From: Octopus vulgaris
Lineage: Eukaryota
Assembly (NCBI GenBank): GCA_951406725.2
Contig: OX597819.1
Coordinates: forward strand, 29,884,001 to 29,948,000
Length of the DNA: 64,000 nt
Direction of reading: 5' to 3'
Below, piece after piece: positions 40,993 to 54,118 of this stretch (positions within the stretch are counted from its first letter, which is position 1; every line of letters starts with the position of its first letter). A program made the translations under genes and the position numbers. The notes below the pieces were generated by a model. The model did no database searches, was not told the origin of the DNA, and saw only the letters and a program-made list of their open reading frames with translations.

Positions 40993-41238
40993 CTGCAATT
41001 TCAACCAATCACTGACGTCTATTGAGGTAAAAAACATTCTGTGCCGTATGAATATGTCCCTCGTTTAAGAAACAGATTGGGTTTATTTACATGTGTGAAG
41101 AAAAAAAGATACCCTTCCCCCCATCCCTAACCCTAAAACAGATTGAAATGCAATAGATCGATACTAGGGTCATGATTATGGGTGACAATTTCATATGATA
41201 CCGCTAGAAAAAGACTGCCGTTCAAACCGAAAAGATCC
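40993..41238 (+). mobile_element. GG-terminal telomere-repeat MITE, copy 4 (right half only)
   Basis: Matches the right ~245 bp of copy 1, including the right TIR. Confidence 0.9.
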
Positions 41239-41409
41239 CATTTTTGTTTTTAATAAAAGAAAGAACAACGATGGTATTGTACTACGACCATAGTCGGCTA
41301 GTTAAACAACGACAATAGAAAGCGTTGGGGTTGTGTAGTTGATTAAATCTCTCTTAGAATATTACTAGTGTCATGACAACTATTAAGGGAATCCCTAGAT
41401 AGGTAGATA

Positions 41410-41622
41410 CATACATAGTTAATCCAAACATGAAAACACAAAATAAAACACAACAACGCGAGGACGTGGAACAAATATAGTATTATTGGACGCTCAGGAA
41501 AGAAGGAAAGAAGGAGGGTTTAACGTTTCGAGTCGAGCTCTTCGTCGGAAACACAGGAGAAGGAAAGATCCAGAGAAGGGAAGACGGAGGAAAAAAAATC
41601 GCCAACGGTGCATACGCGGTCA
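41410..41622 (-). mobile_element. Short Penelope-pLTR/retrozyme-like repeat with a hammerhead-like motif (41518-41552)
   Basis: Minus strand GTTT-CCGACGA-A-GAG(CTCGA)CTC-GAAA-CG-T-T-AAAC. Confidence 0.5.
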
Positions 41623-41667
41623 TACATACATACATACATACATGCATACATACATACATACATACAT

Positions 41668-42218
41668 GGTGGCTGCCCCCTCGTTATCGAGTATGGCCAT
41701 TGCACGAAGCTTAATCAAAGTTGTTATCGTGCAATGCCTGTGCAAGAAGTTTTTTTTTAAAGTGAGGAAAGGCTGTGCACTGAGTCAATCCCACTCACTA
41801 AGCAACAGCAGCCATAATCCGAAAAGAAGAGCAAGTCAACATCATCGGTAACCACTGAGCTGCAGGTTTTATGTCGGAGTTATCTCAGTTACCTGAGTTA
41901 CCTTCTCCTAGAAGGATGCCCTAACAAAGGCTAGGAGTCATTCACTCCCAATGGTTTAACCGCCCGATCGGGTATTCAGTCCGATTATTTCTATGTCCCC
42001 GCGCATGATACAGCCTTAAGACATTTATTGGATGGCCGTTGACTATCAAGAGTTCCCCCGCCCTTTGACGGGTTTTGTTTTTCATCCCGCAGGGTGTGCA
42101 ATAAACACCCTCCTCACCAAGCAAGCTTGGTGGGGTTGCCGGTTTAGTCGCCGACGACCCGACCATGCAACAGGTTGTACTGGGTTACATGTTACCAGTA
42201 GCACTCGAAAGTGACCTG
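41668..42218 (-). mobile_element. Non-autonomous RTE derivative (5' UTR-like body + RTE 3' tail) in (CATA)n
   Basis: 3' tail matches 9584-9620; internal motif shared with 27860-27890; no coding capacity; (CATA)n on both sides. Confidence 0.7.
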
Positions 42219-42302
42219 ACATACATGCATACATACATACATACATACATACATACATACATACATACATACATACATGCATACACACATACATACATAG
42301 AA

Positions 42303-42364
<62 letters not shown>

Positions 42365-42587
42365 GAATGAGAAAGAGGGCAGGAAATCGGGGTGGGGGAA
42401 AGGAAGATATTGGCAGATATAGATACTCATATATGTGTGTACTTATATGCATGTATGCCTGTTTGCACAAACAAGCACAACCACGTATATAGAAGTACTC
42501 AATAGTTAATAAGAAAATCATTATTTACTGAAAAGGGCTTCATGTATGTACACAACTTCATGTATGTAAACAACTTCATGTATGTAC

Positions 42588-43050
42588 ACATATTCTGAAC
42601 GCCTTACTTCCCTGGGCAGGGATACATTGAAACTCCAACGTCTGGCAGCTGACTTGGCAGACACCCATAAAATTATTAACCATCTTACCAACAATAACTC
42701 TGAGCACCTTTTCAAACTCCACCTGTCTAACACCCGCGGACATGTTTACAAAGTCAGAAAACAGCACAGCTCCCATGACTTTCGGAAACATTTTTTCACC
42801 CTAAGAGTTGCTGAAGCTTGGAACAGACTACCGGCATCAGTTGTTAGTTGTCGGAGCACTGCTTCCTTCAAAACTTCCATGATTCCTGAGATTCGCCAAC
42901 ACTACACCTGATTTTCTCCCCTCCATACACGCGCAAGCATGTATCTGACTCATACACTGTTCACTTTCCAGACATTTGTACGTTACTGCATACGCTTTAT
43001 ACGCACTTTCTGACAAGTTGTGGTGCACCTGAGCACTGTATACAATAATT

Positions 43051-43111
<61 letters not shown>

Positions 43112-43112
43112 G

Positions 43113-43163
<51 letters not shown>
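42588..43163 (+). mobile_element. 5'-truncated CR1-type LINE (ORF2 C-terminus, 3' UTR, (ATT)n tail)
   Basis: YSERLTSLGRDTLKLQRLAADL...NTRGHVYKV...RKHFFTLRVAEAWNRLPASVV; an 18-bp unit CTTCATGTATGTACACAA is triplicated at the 5' junction (42538-42591). Confidence 0.88.
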
Positions 43164-43483
43164 TAACTTATAAGAGTGAGACGGCTCCAAAACGTAGGTT
43201 CAGTACTTGGCAAGGAAATCCCCACGAAATAAGTTTCAGGATATCCCCTGTAGCTAAAACAACAGCCACATGGTAAATAGGAACCCATTCGTTCCTCTTT
43301 GAGTTTTGTTAGTTTTTTTGTTTGTTTACCATTTACTATTTTCATTTTACCAGGTCGTTGGTAAACAGAACAAATCGACCCCAGTACTTACTTTTTATGC
43401 CTGGTATTTATTCTGTCTGTAAACAAACCAACACTGGTTGCCAAGCCTTTGTAGAGAAAAACAATACAAACACAGATATATTT

Positions 43484-43522
<39 letters not shown>

Positions 43523-43524
<2 letters not shown>

Positions 43525-43525
43525 G

Positions 43526-43576
<51 letters not shown>

Positions 43577-43593
43577 ACAGCAGCAGCAACAGC

Positions 43594-43654
<61 letters not shown>

Positions 43655-43705
43655 ATGGTGGTGGTGGTGGTGGTGGTAGTTTTGGCGGCGGCGGCGGCGG
43701 CGGCT

Positions 43706-43742
<37 letters not shown>

Positions 43743-43746
43743 TAGA
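43523..43746. repeat. Compound trinucleotide tract (GTA)n(GCA)n(GGT)n(GGC)n inside a decayed family B SINE
   Basis: Directly visible; family B fragments on the minus strand at ~43335-43480 and ~43850-43995. Confidence 0.85.
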
Positions 43747-44347
43747 AACAGAACGTCCTTGGTACAGAATTATATACTTGAAGAAATAAATCGAAATGGC
43801 TTTTCTGATAATTTTTCCCCCTTTAATAATTCGATGTTTATATATTATTAGGTGCTTCTTTCAGTTTCTGTCTACCAAATCCACTCACAAAAATTTTGGT
43901 TTGGCCGGTGTTATAGAAGAACAGATTTGACTGAGGTGCCGCGTAATGGGATTGAACGCAAGCCCACATGGTTGGGAAGCAAGCTTCTCAACCACAAGGT
44001 TCCGTCCGCCTCTATCGACCTGGAAAGTACGCAAGGCAAAGTCGACCCACGCGGGAGGCGCGAATAATGATAAATGAAGGATAAGGAAATCATGGTTACA
44101 AATCACCAGTTACAAATGCGCGCGACGTTTGCTTTGCAACTGCTGGGTTTCAGGTTCAGCCTCCCTGCACGTCGCCTTAGGCAAGTTTCATCTACGATAG
44201 CCCCAGCTGACCCATGTCTTGTGAGTCAATTCGACAGAAGGTAACTGTGTGCTAGTATCATGTATATATATATATATCTGTGTGTGTGTATGTATATACA
44301 CACACATATATATACATATATATACATATATAAACATATCTATATAC

Positions 44348-44398
<51 letters not shown>

Positions 44399-44559
44399 TA
44401 TGTATATAAATACATATATATATGCATACATGCATATGTATATATACATATATACATGTATATATACATATATACATGTATATATATGTGTGTATATATA
44501 TGTATATGTATATATATGTATGTGTATGTATGTAGATAGGCAGATAGTTAGATAGATAA

Positions 44560-44598
<39 letters not shown>

Positions 44599-44602
44599 TA
44601 GG

Positions 44603-44636
<34 letters not shown>

Positions 44637-44703
44637 CATACATACATACATACATACATACATACATACATACATACATACATACATACATACATACATA
44701 CAA

Positions 44704-44915
44704 GGCGGTGAGTTGGCGCAATTGTTAAAGCCCCGGGGGAAAATGCCTACCACCAATTCGTCCGTCTTTACGTTCTGAGTTCAAATCCCGCTGAGAAATT
44801 AACCTTTCAGCTTTTCGGGGTGATGAAATAATTACCAATACAACACCAGGGTTTCGGTGTGATCGACTCGCCCCCTCCCTCCAAATTTAAAAACTTGAGC
44901 CTATAGAAGAAAAGA
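44704..44915 (+). mobile_element. SINE family A, diverged
   Basis: GGCGGTGAGTTGGC...TTCTGAGTTCAAATCCCG... Confidence 0.75.
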
Positions 44916-45016
44916 TAATATTTATCTCACTAGATGGAGTACTTTTATTTATTTTTTTTGTTTATCTTACCATCCCGAAACAGCACCTTCCATATATATA
45001 TATATATATATATATG

Positions 45017-45068
45017 TAAATCCTTAAAATCCTTAAAAATGTTTTAGCCCGAAGGCCGCGGCCATGCT
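45017..45068 (-). mobile_element. LINE 3' stub (AGCATGGCCGCGGCCTTCGGGCTAAAAC + (TTTTAAGGA)n) between ~45-bp direct repeats
   Basis: ATCCCG(A/G)AACAGCACCTTCC(AT)n at 44972 and 45071. Confidence 0.7.
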
Positions 45069-45090
45069 ATATCCCGGAACAGCACCTTCC

Positions 45091-45125
<35 letters not shown>

Positions 45126-45594
45126 TGTATATTTGTGTGTAAAACTTACTTGGAAAAGGATGCGTGGCGTTCGGTCATATAATAATATAAATAATATATA
45201 AATATATGCATATATACATACTTATATGTACATACCTACATATATATATATATATATACATGCATATATGGGTACAGGACATCAAAAAAACGTTGAACAC
45301 AATATGTGTGTATGTCTTTGGGGTTGTTCGCATCCCGCTTCCTGCTTCATTACCGATGCTAGTTTTGTTTTTACGTCCTCGTAACTTAGTGGCAAAAGAC
45401 ACCTAATGAAATTGTTCAAGACTTGTATTTCTTTAACAAAAAAAACAAAACAAAACAAAATGCAGAACATTTAAACACCGAGGAAAATCTATTCATCTAG
45501 AACCTTTCATTGCGTTGCACCAACATGACCACAGTTAAATGACAGAAACAAGTAAAGAAAATAGGAGTGTGTTGTGTGTTGTAACATATATATG

Positions 45595-46016
45595 TTTCTT
45601 TACTACCCACAAAGGGCTAAACATAGAGGGGACAAACAAGGACAGACAGACAGACAGATTAAGTCGATTATATCGACCCCAGTGCGTAACTGGTACTTAA
45701 TTTATCGACCCTGAAAGGATGAAAGGCAAAGTCGACCTCGGCGGAATTTGAACTCGGAATGTAAAGACAGACTAAATACCTATTTCTTTACTACCCACGA
45801 GGGGCTAAACACAGAGGGGACAAACAAGGACAGACAGACAGACAGATTAAGTCGATTATATCGACCCCAGTGCGTAACTGGTACTTAATTTATCGACCCC
45901 GAAAGGATGAAAGGCAAAGTCGACCTCGGCGGAATTTGAACTCAGAACGTAGCGGCAGACGAAATACGGCTACGCATTTCGCCCGGCGTGCTAACGATTC
46001 TGCCAACTCGCCGCCT
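45595..46016 (-). mobile_element. SINE family A with an internal ~190-bp tandem duplication, inserted as one unit
   Basis: Full copy 45782-46016 plus head-less copy 45595-45781; TTGTAACATATATAT on both flanks. Confidence 0.88.
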
Positions 46017-46085
46017 TTGTAACATATATATATACTGAAAGTCTTACTGTGCCTGTGTGTCTATAACTTCTTGAGTTCGTATGTG

Positions 46086-46151
<66 letters not shown>

Positions 46152-46460
46152 CCTGTTCGTGTGTTGTTATCAATACAAATAAGTTAGTTTTTGCTGCCAG
46201 CAGCAGCAACAAACAGGTTATGCTAATATGATAGCTGCAATGTTGTTGTAAAATTAATTGCCAAGCTATAAAGCTTATTGATAAAGAAACCATAGTGCTA
46301 CTGTAGCCTATCTGCATTTTTACAAGCAGTTACCATTGCTTGCACTGTTCACTGTGCACATCATATAATCATTATAAACATAGGTAATCCAATTGAACAG
46401 CGGTGCATATTGCACTGCTCCTGCAGGCTTCGCTGCAGTCAATTACTACTACTACTACAT

Positions 46461-46502
<42 letters not shown>

Positions 46503-46861
46503 ATACTACCACTAATGAGCCTCTCCGTCATTACTACTGCTGCTACCGTTGCTAGTGATGTTACTGCTGTTTGTGTGGACTGGTGAAGTTGCTGTGGTTG
46601 CTGCTGCTGCTGCTGCTGCCGATGCTGCCGATGCTGCCGCTCGCCGCTGCCGCTGCTGCTGCGCTGTTGTTGTTGTTGCTCTGACGAAAAGCTAACGCGA
46701 GTATTGCAACTTTTATTTATTTTTAAATAGTTTACACGGCTTTATACTCCTGGTGCACATACATACGAAACGGTTACTCTCCATTTACTCCACCCCCCCC
46801 GCCGCCGTGCATCTTCAGCTTGAGGGTGAAAATAAAAGTGCATAATTATACACAATTAACC

Positions 46862-46934
46862 ATGATTTACGTGTTCGGTTCCAACGTCGGATTTCTTTGC
46901 ACGATACTCATCGCCTTCATTGCAACAATAAACG
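46862..46934 (+). CDS. Candidate first coding exon encoding a signal peptide (MIYVFGSNVGFLCTILIAFIATIN-), phase-1 intron follows; gene unidentified
   Basis: AACC-ATG context, hydrophobic core FLCTILIAFIA, consensus donor G|GTAAGT at 46934/46935. Lies in an ~800-bp TE-free stretch with CpG-containing (GCT)/(GCC) repeats typical of 5' UTRs. Confidence 0.55.
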
Positions 46935-47001
46935 GTAAGTTTCTTTTTATTCTATTACTGTTTACTGTCAATTTCATATCGTTTTGTTTGTTCTTTTTTT
47001 G

Positions 47002-47968
<967 letters not shown>

Positions 47969-48157
47969 ATTATTCCGTATTTGTCGACATATTTCAAAAG
48001 ATTTCTGTTTCGAACAAGAAGAAAAGTAAAGAATGAAAAATCAACTAATTCAAAACTAATTTATCAGTCGAAACTAAATTATTAACTTAAGATCTGTAAC
48101 TCAACACTGTTGGTCTGAAGAAAAGAGTCACCAAAAATCCTTTTTAAGTTTACATTA

Positions 48158-48421
48158 ATAAATATAAACGCGCCCTTTTAAACCCTAGCCAGATTCAAGG
48201 GTCCGGTTTCCCGGTTTCTATGGCGCATGTGTTCCCCAGCTGGACGGGCCGCCAGTCCATCGCAGCGTTACTCATTTTTGCTAGCTGAGTGGACTGGAGT
48301 GAGTAACGTGAAATGAAGTGTTTTGCTCAAGAACACAACGCGTCGCCCAGTCCAGGAACCGAAACCACAATCTTACGATCATGATGCTGACACCCTAACC
48401 ACTAAGCCACGCGCCTCCACC
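48158..48421 (-). mobile_element. tRNA-derived SINE (head 1 + tail Y) with 13-bp TSD
   Basis: GGAGGCGCGTGGCTTAGTGG head; TAAGTTTACATTA at 48145-48157 and 48422-48434. Confidence 0.88.
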
Positions 48422-48603
48422 TAAGTTTACATTATTTAGATTTATTTAAAACAGTTCGTTTCGTTCTCATTATATTTATGCATGAACTTCATTGCATGGC
48501 TGTAAGTTTTCCTTTTCTGTTTTTAATTTACAGTTAAGTTTGACGGGCCAACTTTCTTGGTTGCAAGAGGGTGAAGGAAAGCAACATGTTTTGGTCATCA
48601 TCC

Positions 48604-49036
48604 GGATCTTTTCGGTTTGACCGGCAGTTTTTTCTAGCGGTGTCATATGAAATTGTCACCCATAATTATGACCCTAGTATCGAACTATTACATTTCAATC
48701 TGTTTTAGGGTTAGGGTTAGTTAGGGTTAGGGTTAGGGGTGGGGGAAGGGTATCTTTTTTTTCATCACAAATGTAAATAAACCCAATCTGTTTCTTAAAC
48801 GAGGGACATATTCATATGGCACAGAATTTTTTTTTTACCTCAATAGACGTCATTGATTGGTTGAAATTGCAGAAATTGAAGAAAAAAAAACAAATATCTT
48901 ACAAACTATATAATTTTCTCAATAAAGCCAAGAGAAAAAGATGTTTTATAAACACATTCTACCAGTATACGAAGTTTAAAATTTTTTAGTTACCTAGAAA
49001 TTATGTTAAAAACTGCCGTTCAAACCGAAAAGATCC
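48604..49036 (-). mobile_element. GG-terminal telomere-repeat MITE, copy 5
   Basis: Both TIRs; 8-bp TSD CATCATCC at 48596-48603 and 49037-49044; longest TTAGGG array (~48705-48739). Confidence 0.92.
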
Positions 49037-49571
49037 CATCATCCTTTAGATCTCAAGAAAGTCTTGCAGATTTTATTGTCCCAGATATCATGATCAAGTA
49101 TGTATGTATGTATGTATGTATGTATGTATGTATGTATGTATGTATGTATGTATGTATGAATGTATGTATGTATATATGTATGGTTTGTTTCAGTCAATAG
49201 ACTGTGGCCATACTGGAACACGACCTTGAAGACCTTTAGCCGAGGGAATCGACCCCTGTACTTATTTATTTTTAATCTTGGTACTTATTCTCCCGGTTCT
49301 TGCCGAACCGCTAAGTTACGGGGGCATAAATACACCTACGCCGGTTGTCAAGCTGTGGTGGAGACAAACACACACACAGGTATATTTATGTGTGTGCGTG
49401 TATGTGTGTGTGTGTGCGTATACGGCGGGGTTTCTTTAAGTTTCCACTCACAAAGCTTTGTTCGGCCCGAGGCTATAGTGGAATCGAACCCTGAACCACT
49501 GCGTAGCACGCTGGTCAGGTGTTTTCTACTGTAGCCTCGGGCCGACTAACGCCTTGTTAATAGAATGTATG

Positions 49572-49653
<82 letters not shown>

Positions 49654-50005
49654 ATTGAGAGTTGATTTTGGCCGGCAAACTACCTGGTAGTAAGGTTGAG
49701 AAGGAAGGTATCTTGTTTTGCCTATCATCTTTTCAATCATAAGATTTCGTTAATATTTATTATCCCACATATCTGTCTGGATGCATTCATGTATATATGT
49801 ACATATGATGTATGTTCGTTTCTAGTTGTAGGTATGCTTGATCGTGTGTGTATGTGTTCGCTGCTATGTATACTTGTTTGTATGTATTACGTATATATGT
49901 GTCTACGTGTATATGTCATGTGGTTATATATGTATTTATGTACGAAAATACATACGAGTGTATATGTATACATGCATTATGTCCGTATGCAGCTATCTGC
50001 GTATG

Positions 50006-50112
<107 letters not shown>

Positions 50113-50496
50113 ATGTATGTATGTATGTATGTATGTATGTATGTATGAGTATGTATTTGGGAGTGTGTGGGCGTGTAAACACACTAAGTTCTACATAAAG
50201 TAATACTATAAAGAACGATTTGAAATCCCTAATACAAAATTCACACTAGTGGATAGGAAGAGGCGTTAATGCATCGAACAAAATAGTTCGCGGCATTTAC
50301 TTAGGACCCCTTACATTCCGAGTTCAAATTCCGCCGAAGCCATCTTTGCCTTTCATTTTTTCGGGTTTAATAAAATAAGTACGTGTCAATCAATGCGGTA
50401 TATATATATATGCACTTACATATACATACATTTAGATATATATATTTGTGTATAAATATATAAATGTGTGTATATATATATATGTATATATATAGA

Positions 50497-50659
<163 letters not shown>

Positions 50660-50734
50660 TATAGTATATGTGCGTATATATATATATACATGCATATATA
50701 TACACATACATGCACACACACGTATGTATATAGG

Positions 50735-51140
50735 CATGGTGGGGGCGTGTGGAACAACCTTGTTTCCCAATCACATGTTTCGGGGTTCAGCCCTACTGCG
50801 TGGGACTTTGGGCAGATATCTTCCGCTAAGCCTCGGACCGGACTGACTAAGCCTTATGATCGGATTCGGTAGACGGAAACTGAAAGAAGTTCGTTGTACA
50901 TGTGTGTGAGTATATCTGTGTGTGTGTGTGTCTGTTTGTCTCTCTATCTATATTTGTTCTTCACAACTGCGTGACAGCTGGTTTTGGTGTGTTTACGTCC
51001 CCGTAACTAAGCGGTTCGGCAAAAGATACTGATAAATTAAGTTTAAAACTTTATAAACAAATAAGTCCTAGGGTCAATTCGTTCGGCTAAAATTCTTCAA
51101 GGCGGTGCCCCAGTATGGTCGCAGTCTAATGACTAAAGCA
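50735..51140 (+). mobile_element. SINE family B, diverged
   Basis: Head to GGCGGTGCCCCAGTATGGTCGCAGTCTAATGACT tail. Confidence 0.75.
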
Positions 51141-51229
51141 CTTAATGATACACACACATACACACATATATATATGTATGTACATGTACATGTGTGTATA
51201 TATATATATATATATATGGGGGGGATTGC

Positions 51230-51282
<53 letters not shown>

Positions 51283-51506
51283 TGTACATGTGTATATATA
51301 TATATTTTTTCTCTAGTTTCAGCTCAGAGCTGCGGCCATGCTGATGCACCGCCGTTGTAGATATACAATTTATATATATGTATGTATCATCTATATCTAT
51401 ATATATATAGGTTATGAGAGCTAATGGTGTCAGTAAGACCCAGAGGTCTTAATGTCCTAAAATTTTCACAGCCTTGTTTTTTTTTATCTCATTCTGAAAC
51501 AAAAAT

Positions 51507-51601
<95 letters not shown>

Positions 51602-51633
51602 ACACATGTACATGTACATATATACATATATAT

Positions 51634-51792
51634 AGTGAGAATTTACATAAAAAAAGATGAAGACGGGTGTGTAAACAACAAGCAGATATATTAGTTTAAC
51701 GCTCGGGAAGTGTCTTTTAGGTTTCGAGCGTACGCTCTTCGACAGAAAGGAACACAGAAATAAACTGGGAGGGAACATAAACAAGGAGAGGT
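51634..51792 (-). mobile_element. Short Penelope-pLTR/retrozyme-like repeat with a variant hammerhead-like motif (51714-51749)
   Basis: Minus strand CTTT-CTGTCGA-A-GAGC(GTAC)GCTC-GAAA-CC-T-A-AAAG; similar layout to 41410-41622. Confidence 0.45.
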
Positions 51793-51799
51793 GTGTGTG

Positions 51800-51885
<86 letters not shown>

Positions 51886-51902
51886 CAATAGATAGATAGA
51901 TA

Positions 51903-52488
51903 GTGTCAAGTTGATCACAGAACTTGAGGCGATCCAACGAAGCTACACAAAGAAGATAGCCTCTATGCAGAATGTAAGCTACTGGGAAAGACTCAAGAGA
52001 TTAAAATTATATTCCCTGGAGCGTAGGCGGGAAAGATATGCCATAATATACATCTGGAAGATCCTGGAGGGAAGTGTCCTGAACTTTGGCATCGAGAGTT
52101 ACGCAAATGCCAGAACTGGGCGCCACTGCGTGGTGCCTAGGACTCCAAACCTGCCATCAAGATGTAGGACAAGATTCTGTGATAGCCTGGGCTTCCGAGG
52201 CCCACAGCTCTTCAATATCCTCCCGAAGAACCTGAGAGACCTGCATGGGGTGGATACAGATGTCTTTAAAATGAAGCTGGATCTCTTCCTGTCAGGTGTC
52301 CCAGATGAACCAACTTCACGGCAGGAGGGGCAGATGAGGGCAGCTGCATCGAACTCTCTCATGCACCAAATAGCAGTTGCTAGAAAGCCTCCATGAAGTG
52401 AAACCAAGTAGCAACACCAAATGGCGGTGCCCCAGCATGGCCACAGCTCATAAGCTGAAACTAGAATCAATCAATCAATCAATCAATC

Positions 52489-52489
<1 letters not shown>
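51903..52489 (+). mobile_element. 5'-truncated CR1/L2-group LINE (open ORF2 C-terminus, short 3' UTR, (TCAA)n tail) in (GATA)n
   Basis: ORF 51911-52396 ELEAIQRSYTKKI...YWERLKRLKLYSLERRRERY...GPQLFNILP...FKMKLDLFLSGVPDEP. Confidence 0.88.
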
Positions 52490-52563
<74 letters not shown>

Positions 52564-52770
52564 TGAAGCATCCCAGCTGTGAACGAAACTATGTTAGAAG
52601 ACATTATATGCACAAATGCGCGAAACCAATAGTATGCATAATTCATTAACAATTTAAACAGACTTGTGTGTGTGTGTGCGTCTGTGTGTGCAAACATGCA
52701 CATTGTTTCTATAAAGTCATTGTAAAATTGTAAATGAATATATGAATATATCTCTGTGTATGTATGTGCA

Positions 52771-52885
<115 letters not shown>

Positions 52886-53086
52886 GGTGAATGAATTATT
52901 CTATGTTTATCGACAGCATGGAAAATTCGTTTAACCGAAACCTGGGTAGCAAATTCACGTCAGAAAACACGGCTGAAGCGACCTGTCAAGGGTAGAAACA
53001 CCGGGTTCATGTGTAGAAATTTGTGTGTTGTATAAGAATAAATGAAAGAATGAAGTCGAACGAAGATGTTAACAAAATTCCTTTAC

Positions 53087-53166
53087 TCTCGACACATTTT
53101 TCGAAGACAGCATGTTCTCATTCCAAAGGAATAAAGGGTGCATTATGCAATCTTCTCATCAGGAAA
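53087..53166 (-). ncRNA. Hammerhead-like motif with extended stem II, within a short repeat (~52885-53200)
   Basis: TTTC-CTGATGA-GAAGA...TCTTC-GAAA-AATGTG-TC-GAGA; inner stems GCAT/ATGC and ATTCC/GGAAT. Confidence 0.45.
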
Positions 53167-53253
53167 CAAAGCGATAATTATCGCTTTGTTTACCATATAG
53201 GCAATCATCGAAATTTTTGTTTGTCTTGTTATCGAGAGAGGCTCCCTTTCTTT

Positions 53254-53314
<61 letters not shown>

Positions 53315-53412
53315 ATCTATCTATTTATCTGTCCATCTATTTACCTGTCTATCTATCCTTCTATTTGTCTGTGTGTCTATCAACCTATATATATATTTAT
53401 ATAGAGAGAGTG

Positions 53413-53495
<83 letters not shown>

Positions 53496-53661
53496 CATGA
53501 ACTTTATTTACAATTAATTTACGATAACTGACACGTATTCATGTACAAACATATACAAACATACATTTATTAATAACGAAAAGGTTGACGGTGCCTGCGA
53601 AGTTTATCCAGTTGTTACTTTTGCGAAACCGACGAAACTTCAGAGTGACTCTCAGCTCTTG

Positions 53662-53812
53662 TGTTCAAATTCCGCCGAGGTCGACTTTCATCCTTTCGGG
53701 GTCGATAAATTAAGTACCAGTTACTCACTGGGGTAGATGTAATCGACTTTATCCCTTTGTCTGTCCTTGTTTGCCCCCTCTATGTTTAGCCCCTTGTGGG
53801 CAATAAAGAAAT
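53662..53812 (+). mobile_element. 5'-truncated SINE family A
   Basis: GTTCAAATTCCGCCGAGGTCGAC...CCCCTTGTGGGCAATAAAGAAATA. Confidence 0.85.
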
Positions 53813-53882
53813 ATCTTTCATTGTAAAAGCATAATTTGAGATTCTACCTAAATTTAAGTGATACTTCAGTAACTGTTTATCC

Positions 53883-54049
53883 TTTATTTACATTATTTAC
53901 ATTATTTACGTTTGACCGATATTTGTCCTCTTCCTTGTTGTTAACACGTTTCGTCTGATATACCATCCAGCCTTCATCAGGTGTCTTGGGGAAATTTCGA
54001 ACCTGGGTTCTCATTCCTAAGGTATTTTTCGATGTTGTTGTTGTTATTA

Positions 54050-54118
<69 letters not shown>

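Noticed and set aside
44188-44756. Long ORFs such as [26 protein letters not shown] and poly-I/L/N/S/V (here and throughout)
   Set aside because: They are translations of microsatellites that lack stop codons; no coding signal.
48705-48750. TTAGGG arrays as a chromosome end or fusion site
   Set aside because: All arrays lie at the same position inside copies of one MITE.
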